From positions 124,001 to 188,000 of the forward strand of contig JAVKOQ020000030.1 in NCBI GenBank assembly GCA_031835245.2: DNA of 64,000 nt, given 5' to 3'. The translations under genes were made by a program, and so were the position numbers. Shown here in pieces: positions 23,863 through 35,383 of the stretch. The notes under the pieces are model-generated. The model was given only the letters and a program-made list of their open reading frames with translations, did no database searches and was not told the DNA's origin. This stretch comes from Balamuthia mandrillaris (Eukaryota). The first letter of the stretch is position 1. Each line of letters starts with the position of its first letter.

Positions 23863-24264
23863 ATGGAGGGCCGCGGCGGAAGGAAAGGGAGCGTTTTCAC
23901 GATACCGTCCGCCCGCCAAAAGCTGTTCTTTTGGCTCGGCGTATCTTTGCTGTTCATCAATGAGTTGCTGCGGTTCCAAACAGGACGGCGGCCTTCTTCG
24001 TCACTTCGCCCCAATTCTTTGCTTACACCATCATCACCCACCACGCTGAGAGAACGCGAAACGGAGCACCGATTTAATCCTCCAACTTGTTCTTCTTCTT
24101 CTGCTTCATTCTGGAATAGCCTCATCTCCCTCGCTCGCTTCTCGCTGGTCTCTCTGTGTATACTCTCGTTGATCGCCAATCAGCTCTCCCTCAGCTACTG
24201 CAGCGGTCACACCGTCCTGTCCGCTTTCCTCACCTGGCTCACCTCCAAATTCATCGAACGAGAA

Positions 24265-24301
<37 letters not shown>

Positions 24302-24576
24302 TCTCTCTCCTTCTCTCTCCTTCTCTCACTGCAAAATCTAATCCAAAACAACACAGATATATTCCTTCCCTAAGGCTGTTGGAATGGGCGCTTCGGTGGG
24401 ACCGGATCTGGTTGGAGGAAGGGCATCCCCTCTTGGCCAGCAACTACTCCAACCTGGCCGTCGTTTGCACGCTGTTGCATCGGCACCGCGCCGCCGCTCT
24501 CTACTCCAGGCGTTTGGCCGACCTGACGGCCACCCCTGCTTGGAAGTTATGGAGCCATAAAAGACAGCTCAAATGA
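23863..24576 (+). CDS. Small hydrophobic protein with C-terminal TPR-like motif
   Basis: 237-aa ORF that includes an in-frame (CT)n intron at 24267-24356. LLEWALRWDRIWLEEGHPLLASNYSNLAVVC resembles kinesin-light-chain-type TPR. Two hydrophobic segments. Confidence 0.55.
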
Positions 24577-24617
24577 TGATAGAAGAGTCTTTTTTAGCGG
24601 AGAGAGAGAGAAAAGGA

Positions 24618-24649
<32 letters not shown>

Positions 24650-24781
24650 AGCAACAAAGCAGGAAAAATGTGAGGGATGAGAGAAGGAAGAACGAAGATG
24701 GCAGAATGAGGAAAGGTTGAAGATAGTTCGAGAAGCAAGCAAACAACAAGAGATACTCTTGTTGTCGTGTTGGATGCTTAT

Positions 24782-26426
24782 TTAGAAGTACTGATGCCGA
24801 AGCCGCCGCCAGAAGGGCGTCTTGAAAAAGGCAACGAGAGACAACAACAAGACTAAACCAAGCAACAACAGAAAGTGCATCGAGGGCATTGGCAATCTGT
24901 TTCGAGGAGAAAGGCGTGACGAAGCGTGATGTTGTGTTGTTTGTTGAACTGTTGATCCCTCTGATAGTATAAGAACGTACTTTACCTGTTTTTGGTATGT
25001 AAGAAAGAACATACAGAAGAAAGTTGAAGAAAGCGGAACGAAGAAGGAAACGAACCCGAACGTGGTCGTTGGTTTTTACGACGATGTACTCTTGCGGAAG
25101 ACCTTCTTGATCGCTTCCTCTCAGGTGATCTCTGGAGTTGTTTGTTACTCTGGCCACAAACTCAGGATCGTGCACCACCTCACAACCAACCATGGCTCCA
25201 ATCTTGCCGCCAAACATGCTGTTGGGCCAGTTTAGGCCGAAACTCAAAAAATTGGTACAAACCACCGGATCCGTTGATAGATAGATTCCTAGCCAGAAAA
25301 CACATCAGATAAGGAGAACAAACAAAAATAACAAGAAGAGAAGCAGACAGAGAAGGAGACAGTTGGGAGAAGAATCTAACCATCTCCATATAAGTTGCGA
25401 AGATCTTTGTTGAACTTGATGTCAAGGCCGGTGTGAAGAATGGAATGAAAGTTCTCGAGAGAGCTGGCATGAAACGCCACGCTTGTCTCAAAGTCTTTGG
25501 CCAAAGCGTTAAACCGACGCGATGACACTTTGGCCAAAGATGCCACATCCAAAGGAATGGCTGCATTGGTGTTCCTTTCTTCTCGTTCCTTCGCTTTTTC
25601 TCGTTCTTCTTGTTCTTCTTCTCCATCATCGTTGTACTGAAGTTCAAAAATATGTTGTGGGGTAATGCTGTTGTGGGTAAGTTTGGTTGTAGGTCGATGT
25701 GGAGTGGAGGTTCGTCGTTCGAACTCTTTGTGAGATAGGTTGACCAAACGAAAATGAGCAGCTGGGTTACAGAGAATCCATCGCAATAGACAAAGAGATT
25801 TGTATGGAAGTTGTGCCACAAGATCTGCAAAAGAGCAGAAATAGAGAAAAATAAAAGAAGACCTGATAAGCAATAGGGTATTCAATAAAAAAGAGGGACG
25901 GTGAAGAGGAATTTCACGAACTGGGATCACTTGCGAGCTCATGGATAGGTGGTAGGCTTTGAAGCATAGTTTCCTGAAAGGGTAAGAAGAAAACAGAGAG
26001 AGAGAGAGCATGAGAGAAGAGTGAGAGAACGAGAGGAGACTAAGAAAGATAGGAGAGACGATCATATAAGCGTTGAAAAGTGGGGAACGAGCCTTACCAG
26101 CTGTTCAAAGTCACGTTCCCAGCGGCAAGAGCGAGAAGGCGATGAAGAAGGAGAATATGAAGAGCCACGCTCGCCTTGTTGTTGTGGACGACGACAAAAC
26201 GGCGGGAAAGGGATGCAAATGGTCGCTCGCCGATAATGCGTAGCAGCTGAGTAGAACAAGCAGAGCAGCAAGTCGCAACAAATCGGACTGGTAAGCAAAA
26301 AAAAAAATGAAGAAAAAATTGGTTTAACTGAAACAATTCAAAAACTTTTTTGTTAAAAAAAAACCTTTCAGCAAGCTTTCCACAAATCGCATCGATAAGC
26401 TGTCCTTTCCCTTCATCTGCTGCCAT
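24782..26426 (-). CDS. PARP16: PARP16/ARTD15-like tail-anchored mono-ADP-ribosyltransferase, multi-exon
   Basis: DLLLCLFYSAATHYRRATICIPFP (N-terminal helical domain), AFHASSLENFHSILHTGL, LYGDGIYLS, GCEVVHDP, PQEYIVVKTNDHVRVKYVL, and C-terminal TM FLLLLGLVLLLSLVAFF plus basic tail. Confidence 0.88.
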
Positions 26427-26575
26427 CCTTTCTTGCTCTGGACCAGAGAAAAGCATGTTAAGAATGCAAGTTCTTCAAATTCTTTTCATACTCCAATGTT
26501 TGAATTTAGATTGGTAACCGATGTACGATTATCTACATATGATCTACATCGGATTTTTTTTTTTCCCTCTGGCCA

Positions 26576-27128
26576 ATGGCGTTCCATCGCCTACACACGT
26601 TTCTGTACGGAGTGTGGAACAGCTCTCTCTGCTGGCACTTCTTCTTCAACCAGTTCTTCTTCTTCTTCCACTGTACGCTCTTTTTTTTAAAAAAAAATGG
26701 TTTCCTTCTTCTCAAAAACTTTAATCGTAACTCTAAAAACAAAACAGACAAAGAATGAATGGCTGGATGACTACTTTCGTGGCAACCTCTCTTCGGCTGG
26801 AGAGCAATGGACGTACCGCAACGGCGTGGTGACCTGCGTGTCAGGCTTCAAGGCCTCCAACGTCGAGTTCCAATGGAACGGACACGAATTGATCTGTTCT
26901 GCTTCTTCTTCTTCCTCCGCTGAAGGAGGTGGCGGTGCCTATGGCAAAGGCGTTTGGAATGGTGGCAGCGGAACGGCCGAGTGGTACTTCCCCGAGGACC
27001 CCTCCACCCCCTTTTGGAGGATGACCTGGCAGAAGGGGAGGCAACGCTTTCAAAACGACTCGATCCGGTGGAGGTCCCCTGTCCACTGGACCTGGAGTGA
27101 GAACAAAGACAATGGAAGTGGCGTGTAA
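26576..27128 (+). CDS. Hypothetical Trp/Gly-rich protein (exon structure uncertain)
   Basis: GC-rich coding-like exon at about 26753-27124: WTYRNGVVTC, FQWNGHELIC, GKGVWNG, AEWYF, WTWSE. It ends at a GTAAGT donor, so the gene probably continues. Confidence 0.5.
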
Positions 27129-27576
27129 GTTGAGTAACAGTAAGGTTGTTTTTTTTTTAAGTTCATTCCATCCACTTTTTTGGGGCAGGTATGGACGAAT
27201 CGGGGATCCACACATCGGGAGACAGGATGTACACAGGTGGGAAGCTCCATTCCCGTCTTTTTTTTTCCATCTGGCCAACCCTCCTAAAAACCAGCTATCG
27301 GCAGGAAGCACCGCTCGTTTCACCACTCCTCCCTTTGGAGCATTCCAGGAATGTGTTTCTGATAAGCTGCGATCCAAGAGGATTCTGGGCCTCATCCCGG
27401 TTGTTGGTTGCGATGGTACTTTGACCGACTACCAGTTTTTTTTTTCCACGCTCGTCGTTCTTTTGTTTTTTTTTTATCTTACCACACACTTACGCACTCT
27501 AACAAACGCTGCCATGAGGCCAAGCACGCATTTTAGAGCAAGTAGGGAACCATTTCTGCTGGGAGACGCCATCCCC

Positions 27577-28219
27577 ATGCCGCTACTGCAGGGCGCAGCT
27601 CTTCCAGAAAATGAAAGAAAGCCACGCATACCCTTTCCTCTGGAAGGAAAAACTAAAACAACGAAAACAAAAAGAAGGTTCGTGTGGTTTCTCTGTCTGC
27701 CCTGCCGGTGGCGTTTGCTTTTTAACAATTTTATCGCTGCTGTTTTTCCAATATTTCAGGGGTTGGGAAAGGCTGAAGCACAACGCATCAGAGAGGAAGA
27801 GGAAGTTGGACTTCAACATCAGGCTGGAGGAACTGAGACGGCTGACTCCAGGCCTGCCTCCAAAGGCCTCCAAAAAACAGATTGTGGAGAGAGCGACATT
27901 AGTTCTCCAAGAGCTTCTCTTGGAACGCCAGCAACACCACAAACTCATTCACAACATGGAACAGAGGCTCTTTTCCGAAGCGCAGCAACAACCACTGCAA
28001 CTGCAACCCCCGCCATCCTCCCCATTGGTGCATCATCCACGTTCTCCATTTTCACGGCCTGCACCAATCCCTTCCTCATTGTTTCCAATCCTGCCACCCC
28101 TGCCCGTAGCCTCGACAGGTCCTCTCCCACAAGCATACCGGCCACCTTCCCCTTCACCAACCCCCTTGTTGGCTTGGGGGTTGATTTTTTGTATGCCTAT
28201 AATTAAAGCTTATAAATAA
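27577..28219 (+). CDS. bHLH-zipper paralog 5 (2 exons)
   Basis: Exon 1 MPLLQG...TKTKR; exon 2 GWERLKHNASERKRKLDFNIRLEELRRLTPGLPPKASKKQIVERATLVLQEL. Start could be 27513. Confidence 0.86.
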
Positions 28220-28524
28220 TTAAGGTTCATTTCCCGTAAACAGCAAAGCATTCCGGCCGGGATTTTTCATTCCGGGGAATAAATGATCACGCCAATCATT
28301 GCAGCAATACTGCCGAACGAAATCTTCCGTAGGGGGATTTCCCGCGTGGCCTGCAAATTGGCAGCACCTTTGCTAACTATTGCAGAAAAGGAATATTCCT
28401 TCAAACTCCCAGTTTTAAGGTGTAACCGAGTGTCAACGGCAACTTATTTTTGTTTTGTTTTCTTTTTCTTTTTTCTGACTGTTCCCGAACAGACACACAC
28501 ACGCCACGAGCGCAATTAACAATT

Positions 28525-29134
28525 ATGCCGCCACACAAACCGACGGCTCCAACGACGGAGACAGAGCAGGATTCTTCCTCTGCTGACCATTTTGCCAAGC
28601 TAAGGACGGGTTTCAAACAGCCTCGAGCAAAAGCCAAAAGAATGTTCGTTTCTTGTTCTCTCATGCACTCTCGTCTTTTTTTTAAAAAAAATTTTCTGTG
28701 ATCATTTACTCCCAATCTGCAGGGGAGCTGAAAGGTTGAAGCACAACGCCTCCGAGAGGAAACGAAAGTTGGAGTTCAATACGCGGCTCGAGGAGCTGAA
28801 ACGCCTGACTCCAAACCTTTCTTCCACGCCCTCCAAACGAGAGATCATTGAATCAGCTGCTCACTTTATCCAAGAGCTCTTGACGGAACGTGCCTATTAT
28901 CGTCAAGTCGTCACAAACATGGAACAGAGGTTCGCACTCGCCGAGCAGCACCAACGACATGAACATCAACTCCTTCAACAGTTGCAAAAAGCTTACTGCT
29001 CACAACCTCCGCCACCTCCCCCTTCGGCCGTCCTTCCTCCACTTCGTGTGGCCTTGTCTCAAGAACTACACCCATTTACGTCTGCTTCTTCCTACCCTTC
29101 CTATTCTGCTGCTTTCTTTCAGGGTGGAAAATGA
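28525..29134 (+). CDS. bHLH-zipper paralog 6 (2 exons)
   Basis: Exon 1 MPPHKP...AKAKR; exon 2 GAERLKHNASERKRKLEFNTRLEELKRLTPNLSSTPSKREIIESAAHFIQEL. Confidence 0.88.
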
Positions 29135-29403
29135 AAACTCCAAAAACAAAACAGCTGTGCATACTTGTTAAAAATTCAATTGTTCATTTAAACAAAAAAA
29201 GGCTTCCTATCTCGACTATGGTACTCTCGACCTGGTCTACGGAGCCACTTTTTGGTTTTGAGCACACCTGCCTTCCACCAGCCAAAAACTAAAAAGTGTC
29301 TGGCGTGGGTTGTCACCCCGCACATCCCCGACCGATTCTTCGTAGCTGGTCGCCCATCGCTCTTTTTTTTTATATCGCCACTGCTCCATAACACACACAC
29401 TCC

Positions 29404-30040
29404 ATGCCACAGCCTCTCCAAACACAACCACTGGAAGACCCAACGATGGACGACCAGACAAATGAGATGTCTTCTCCAACGCAGAGTCCCAACCAAACGG
29501 CCAGAAAACCAAAGAGAATGTACGCCCGGACTACTCTCATTTCTCTCTCTCGTCTCTCTTTCTTTCCGTTGACAATATGTTTCTTAACCATGCAGAGGAA
29601 TCGAAAAGTTGAGACACAACGCTTCAGAGCGGCGAAGAAAGCTGTTGTTCAACACCAAGCTGGAGGAGCTGAGAGGCTTAGTGCCCAATCTTCCATCCTC
29701 CTGCTCCAAACGGAAGGTGGTGGAAGGAGCTGTTGACTTGCTCCGGCAACTACTTTCAGAACGTGAATACTACCGCCAACTCGTTAACAACATGGAACAC
29801 AGAACGAAAGCAGCCCTCTTTCAACAACTTCAACAAAGGCAAAAGCCCCCATCTCTGAGCCGTCCTCCTCCCCCTTCTTCTTGTAAAGAGACACTGCCCC
29901 CTCTAAGGTGTGTTCTGCGACTTGAATCTCCACACGTCTGGGCTCTCACACGCAGTGCTTCAACTGGTGTTCCTTCCCTCCCGCATCAAACTGACTTTCT
30001 TCCTTATAGTTGGCACCGTCAACAGCCTAGCGTGGAATAA
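29404..30040 (+). CDS. bHLH-zipper paralog 7 (2 exons)
   Basis: Exon 1 MPQPLQ...RKPKR; exon 2 GIEKLRHNASERRRKLLFNTKLEELRGLVPNLPSSCSKRKVVEGAVDLLRQL. Confidence 0.88.
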
Positions 30041-30073
30041 AAACCAATAACAGAAAGTAACAGGGAGAGAGAG

Positions 30074-30123
<50 letters not shown>

Positions 30124-31014
30124 TAAAAGAAAAGGTCCACGACGGAACGCCAGTTCGCGATGATAAACAATCATGACGTGAATGGTCAACATGGACATTA
30201 TTTTGCTGCTCACCAACCCTTTGTGGCACTACATTATTGAAAGTTGAAACCTCTCGGCAAATACGCCATGCCTCAACTCCAAGTTAACTTGTCAAGGTAA
30301 AGGTTTTTTTGGTTTGGCGTCCGGCCGCTTCAAGAGGAGAAAAAGAAATCTCAGCGGCACGACCCGGCCACACCTCAGGGATGATGCCACTTTGCCTGGA
30401 TGAACACACCACCATTCCTTCCTTTTCCTTACTACCTCACCAGCAGAATAAGGTCTGCCAAGCGACGGGAGGGGGGTCGGCCACGCCAATAATAATAAGT
30501 CCTACGGGTGGACAATTGTTAATTGTTTGTTTGCCTCTCTTGCGCTGCATTGTTAATTTGGTAAGTATGTGACAAAAATTTTCCGTACAAAGAAAAAATG
30601 ATTCCTAACATTTCCATAAAACGAAATAATGATGCGTAACATCAATATAAAAGGAAAAACGGGACAGCGGCAATTTTCACAAGGAACATGTGGCATGCAG
30701 CATTCATTAATCAGGTCGTTGAATGGAGCCGCGATTCGTCGCCGTTCATCTTACCGTGGATGCATTCGTCAGCCCACGGGTCCGCTTGCGCTTGCGGTCA
30801 ACTGCTTGGTCAACCCGTCCGAAACGTGAAACAGCTGGGCTACCCGCACTATCTTTCCTTTTCGCCACCTGTGAGGGCGGGTCGTTCGTTTTTCTTCTGC
30901 CCTTTGGTAACATTGGGCACACCGCGGTGTTTCAGCAAAACAGGACCAACCAATCTTGCTGGTCGACTGCAGACGTCCCTTTTCTACGAAACCAAGGGAA
31001 GCAAAAAAAAAAAG

Positions 31015-31726
31015 ATGCCACGACCCAAGACGCCGCCGGCGGTAGACCAAACGGTCACTGTAGATGAAGGCCGGAACAAAAAGTTGTCCTCTGCTTTTGT
31101 AGGCTATTCGCCGAGCAAGCCTGGGGAGGACGACCTCCCTCCTTCTCCTTGTAAAAACAGTCTAAAGCTCCCTCAAAACGACTTAAAGAAGTCGCGCAAA
31201 GCCAAAAGAATGTACCTGTTATCCTCTTATTTTTCTTCCTTTTGTTTAGAGCCTTTGCCAACACCATGTTTTAATACCGTGATGCAGAGGTTTCGAAAGA
31301 GCGAAACACAACGCCTCAGAGAGGAAAAGAAAGCTTCACTTCAACGCCAAGTTGGAAGAGCTGCGGGTCTTGATCCCCAATCTCTCTCCTTCTGCCTCCA
31401 AAAGACAAATCTTGGAAGGGGCCATTGGGTTTCTGCAACTGCTTCTCGCAGAACGTTCTCACTATCAACAAAATCTTCGGGACGCCGAACAAAGGTTTGT
31501 GCTTGCTTTGCACAACCAACAACAGCAACAACAACACCAACTGCAACAGAGTTGCTTGGCTCGACCTCCCCTACCATCCCCTGCGCCTATTGCTATTCCT
31601 TCGCCTTCTTTTCCCTCCGCTTCTGGTGGAATACTTCCACCGCTTCACGTTGTGTTGTCTCAAGACTGTGCTCCCTCAATGTCCTCTTTTGCTCCATACC
31701 AAACCACGTTTTGTGAAAGACAATAA
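31015..31726 (+). CDS. bHLH-zipper paralog 8 (2 exons)
   Basis: Exon 1 MPRPKT...RKAKR; exon 2 GFERAKHNASERKRKLHFNAKLEELRVLIPNLSPSASKRQILEGAIGFLQLL. Confidence 0.88.
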
Positions 31727-31989
31727 ACACAACATAGTCTCAACCAACACATCGGCTGCCTTCATTGTTGGTCAACCAATAGTGGCGCCTTCCCTTCTTT
31801 CTACCAGGGAATGGAACCCGGCTGCATCCTGGCGCAAGAGGGTTTGTTGACATCTGGGAATGCGTTAACTGATTATTATTATTATTTCGTGGAAGCATCC
31901 TTAGTTCTTCTGCTTTTCTTCTTTTTTCTTGTTTCCTTCTTTTTCTTTGTCTTCAGTTCTTTTTCAAGTTCGTTCCTCCCCCTTCATCC

Positions 31990-32096
31990 TTCTTCTTTAT
32001 TCTTCGTTCTTTTCTTCTTCTTCTTCTTCTTCTTCATCTTCTTCTTCTTCCTCTTCTTGTTCTTCTTCTTGTTCTTCTTCTTGTTCTTCTTCTTGT

Positions 32097-32135
<39 letters not shown>

Positions 32136-32607
32136 TCTTCTTCCTCTTCTTGTTCTTCTTGTTCTTCTTGTTCTTCTTGTTCTTCTTCTTGTTCTTCTTC
32201 TTCTTCTTCTTCTTCTTCTTCTTCTTCTTCTTCTTCTTCTTCTTCCTCTCTTGTGCTTCTTCTTCTTCTCTCTCTCTCTCTCTCTCTCTCTTTTGCTTCT
32301 TGTTCTTGTTCTTGTTCTTCTTGTTCTTGTTCTTGTTCTTGTTCTTGTTCTTGTTCTTGTTCTTGTTCTTGTTCTTGTTCTTGTTATTCTTCTTGTTCTT
32401 GTTCTTGTTCTTGTTCTTGTTATTCTTCTTGTTCTTCTTCTTGTTCTTCTTCTTGTTCTTCTTGTTCTTCTTGTTCTTCTTGTTCTTCTTCTTCTTCTTC
32501 TTGTTCTTCTTCTTCTTCTTCTTCTTCTTCTTCTTCTTCTTCTTCTTCTTCTTCTTCTTCTTCTTCTTCTTCTTCTTCTTCTTCTTCTTCTTCTTCTTCT
32601 TCTTCTC
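31990..32607. repeat. ~600-bp compound (TTC)n/(TTCTTG)n/(CT)n microsatellite
   Basis: Directly visible; lies upstream of the GH99 ATG. Confidence 0.97.
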
Positions 32608-32700
32608 CGCTCTGCTTTTTTGTGGACAGACTTTCCTAATAACTTTTTGGAAACAAAAAGAAGAAGAAGAAGAAGAGGAGCATGTTAGTTGGGCGGATGA

Positions 32701-33107
32701 ATGAATAGGAAGAATCCTCAGGCTTGGCGGAGGGTTTGGCATTGCCTCACCATCACGTCGTTGGTGTTTTCTATGCTTTGTCTCGTTTTTGGTGTTTTCC
32801 TTCAAGGTAACCCCCTTTTTTTTGTTTCTTCATCTTAAACAAGCTGATAAATAACTTTTTTTTTGTGGCTCTCTCAAAAAAGTTCGGGATTTTCAAGAAG
32901 AAAGAGCGCAAAGAGAGCTCGAAGACTTGCAGCACTCGTTGCGAAAGGGGAAAACGAACACGCTCGCTCGGAAGCCAGTTGTCATGGAGGAGGGCCACGC
33001 CACCACCGCTCATGCCACCAACACGCCTTCTGCCTCCCCTGTGACGGTGGTAGACGCACAAGAAGACGAATTTGACAAGACGCCAAAGTATTGCACCTTC
33101 TCTTATG

Positions 33108-33150
<43 letters not shown>

Positions 33151-35291
33151 GCTCATTCTCTTTGCTTCTCTATTTCTTCTCTTGCTATCTTTTATTCTCT
33201 TCTCGCTATCTCTTTTCTTTATCATCTCTCTCTCTCTCCTTCTCTCTCTCTCTCTCCTTCTCTCTCTCTCTCCTTCTCTCCTCTCTCTTTCTCTCCTTCC
33301 CTCTCCCTCTCCTTCTCTCTCTCTTTCTCTCTCGCTCTTTCGTTCTCTGCTTCTGTCGGTCTCTTCGTTTCGATGTATCAGCCTTCTTACTGTTTTAACG
33401 CTCTAACTTTGTGTGCTCTCCCTCCTGCATAGCGCCGAAATAAGCACCAAGCTATGGAGCATACTATCCACCAGAGGCCACGTCTTCTACTATCCATGGT
33501 ACGGCAACACCACCCACAACAAGGAGTGGTTGCACTGGAACCACGTCGTCATTCCGGCCTCGCCAGAGTCCAAGCCAACCACAACACCGCTCGTGTATCA
33601 ACCGCCGGATCACATCGGAGCCAACTTCTATCCAGCCTTGGGGCTATACAGCTCCACTGACCCTGCTCTCATTCACACTCACATGAAAATGATTCGCAAT
33701 GCTGGCTTGGTTTGTTGCTTTCTCTCTTTGTCTTTGTCGCTTCTTTGCTTTGTTTGTTTGTTTTCCTCGCTTATAATATTGAAACCTAAAAGGGAGTGAT
33801 AAGTGTGAGTTGGTATCCTCCATCGATGGCGGATGAGCAAATAGCAACGAAGGAACCTGGCTTCACTGACAGTAACATGCGACGTATTCTTACCGTCGCT
33901 GAGTTATATGGCATCAAAGGTACAACTTCTTCCTGCATCACTTCTTTATATTTTTTCTTGTTTGAGTTTTGCTCACTTTTTGTTTTCAACAAAGTTAATC
34001 TGCACATTGAGCCATACAAAGGAAGAGGACCAGCTTCTATTGTCAAAGATTTGAAATACGTGATTGATAACTATGGCTCTTACTCTTCATTCTATCGGCA
34101 TCCTGAAACCGGCCTGCCTTTGTAATGTTCTCTCTCTTTCTCCTATCTGTTATCTTAGTCTCTTTGAACTCAGTTTTCTTCATTTCTTCGCATCTTCTCT
34201 ACTTACTCGCTATTTTATTTTTCAATTGCGTTTTTTTCAGTATCTTTGCTTCTTTTGATCTCTTCTCTGTTGTCAAACTACTTACTATCAATTTTGAATT
34301 TAGGTTTTACTTGTATGACAGTTATTTAACGCCAGCCAAGGAATGGGCAACAGTATTCGGCGATCCTGCCACTCACCCCGACTCCATTCGTGACACTCCT
34401 TACAACGCTCACATGATTGCTCTTCTCGTCGATGAAGTTCATTTCAAATTTATTCTTGATGGTATATTCCAAGCTTCGTTACTTTTGTGTTTCTTGTTTT
34501 ATTTCTTATGTTGGCCTGTGTTAAATCTTCCAAAAAAGGCGGTTTCGATGGATGCTACACCTACTTTGCGACCGATGGTTTCACTTTTGGCTCTTCCACC
34601 AAAAATTGGAAGCGCATCGCCCAATGGGCGAATGATAACAGCCTCCTCTTCATCCCAAGCGTTGGTCCTGGATATGCCGACACACGCATCCGACCGTGGA
34701 ACGGGCGCAACCAAAGAAGTCGTCGGGATGGGCAATACTATGAAGACATGTGGAAAGCTGTTCTTTCTCTTTCTTCATCCACGGAGGCAACGACGTCACT
34801 GTTGCCTTCCATTGTGAGCGTTACTTCTTGGAATGAGTGGCATGAGGGCACGCAGATTGAGCCTGCCGTTCCGAAAACGGTGGAGCAGAGCTCTGTTGGC
34901 GAGATGGCTGCTCGTATGGAGGAGCCTGCACGTGGCCGAGGTTCTTTCTATCTCTTCTTCGTCTTTTCTTATTTCTTATATCTTCTACCTCTCTCTCTCT
35001 CTCTCTCTCTTTGCCTCTCTCTCTCTGTTTTCTTCATACTTTTATTCTTCTTTCTTTATCAACTAACCTAAATAAATCTTTCATATAGACGCTCAACAAA
35101 AGAAAGCAACATTAACAAAAGATCGAGGACTGTATACCTACTTGGACTATCAACCACGGCATCCAGAGTACTACATGGAACAAACAAAAGAGATGATGAA
35201 ACGGTTCTGCGAGTTACACGGGGAAGCCTTGGAAGTAAAACCTGAAGGAGAACCTGGTGACGAGGACGACTTTGGTTACGAGTATCTCTGA
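32701..35291 (+). CDS. MANEA: Glycoprotein endo-alpha-1,2-mannosidase (GH99), type II membrane protein, multi-exon
   Basis: N-terminal MNRKNPQAWRRVWHCLTITSLVFSMLCLVFGVFL (signal anchor); HVFYYPWYGN, IGANFYPALGLYSSTD, LHIEPY, FIPSVGPGY, VSVTSWNEWHEGTQIEPA (catalytic ExxE), YLDY. Confidence 0.93.
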
Positions 35292-35292
35292 A

Positions 35293-35335
<43 letters not shown>

Positions 35336-35383
35336 GAGAGAGAGAAACCATTATATTTAAAAGTACAGAAACTTTGAAAGCCA

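Noticed and set aside
31811..32805. Long poly-Phe/Leu, poly-Ser/Cys and poly-Lys ORFs
   Set aside because: Stop-free translations of the TTC/TTG microsatellite; no coding signal.
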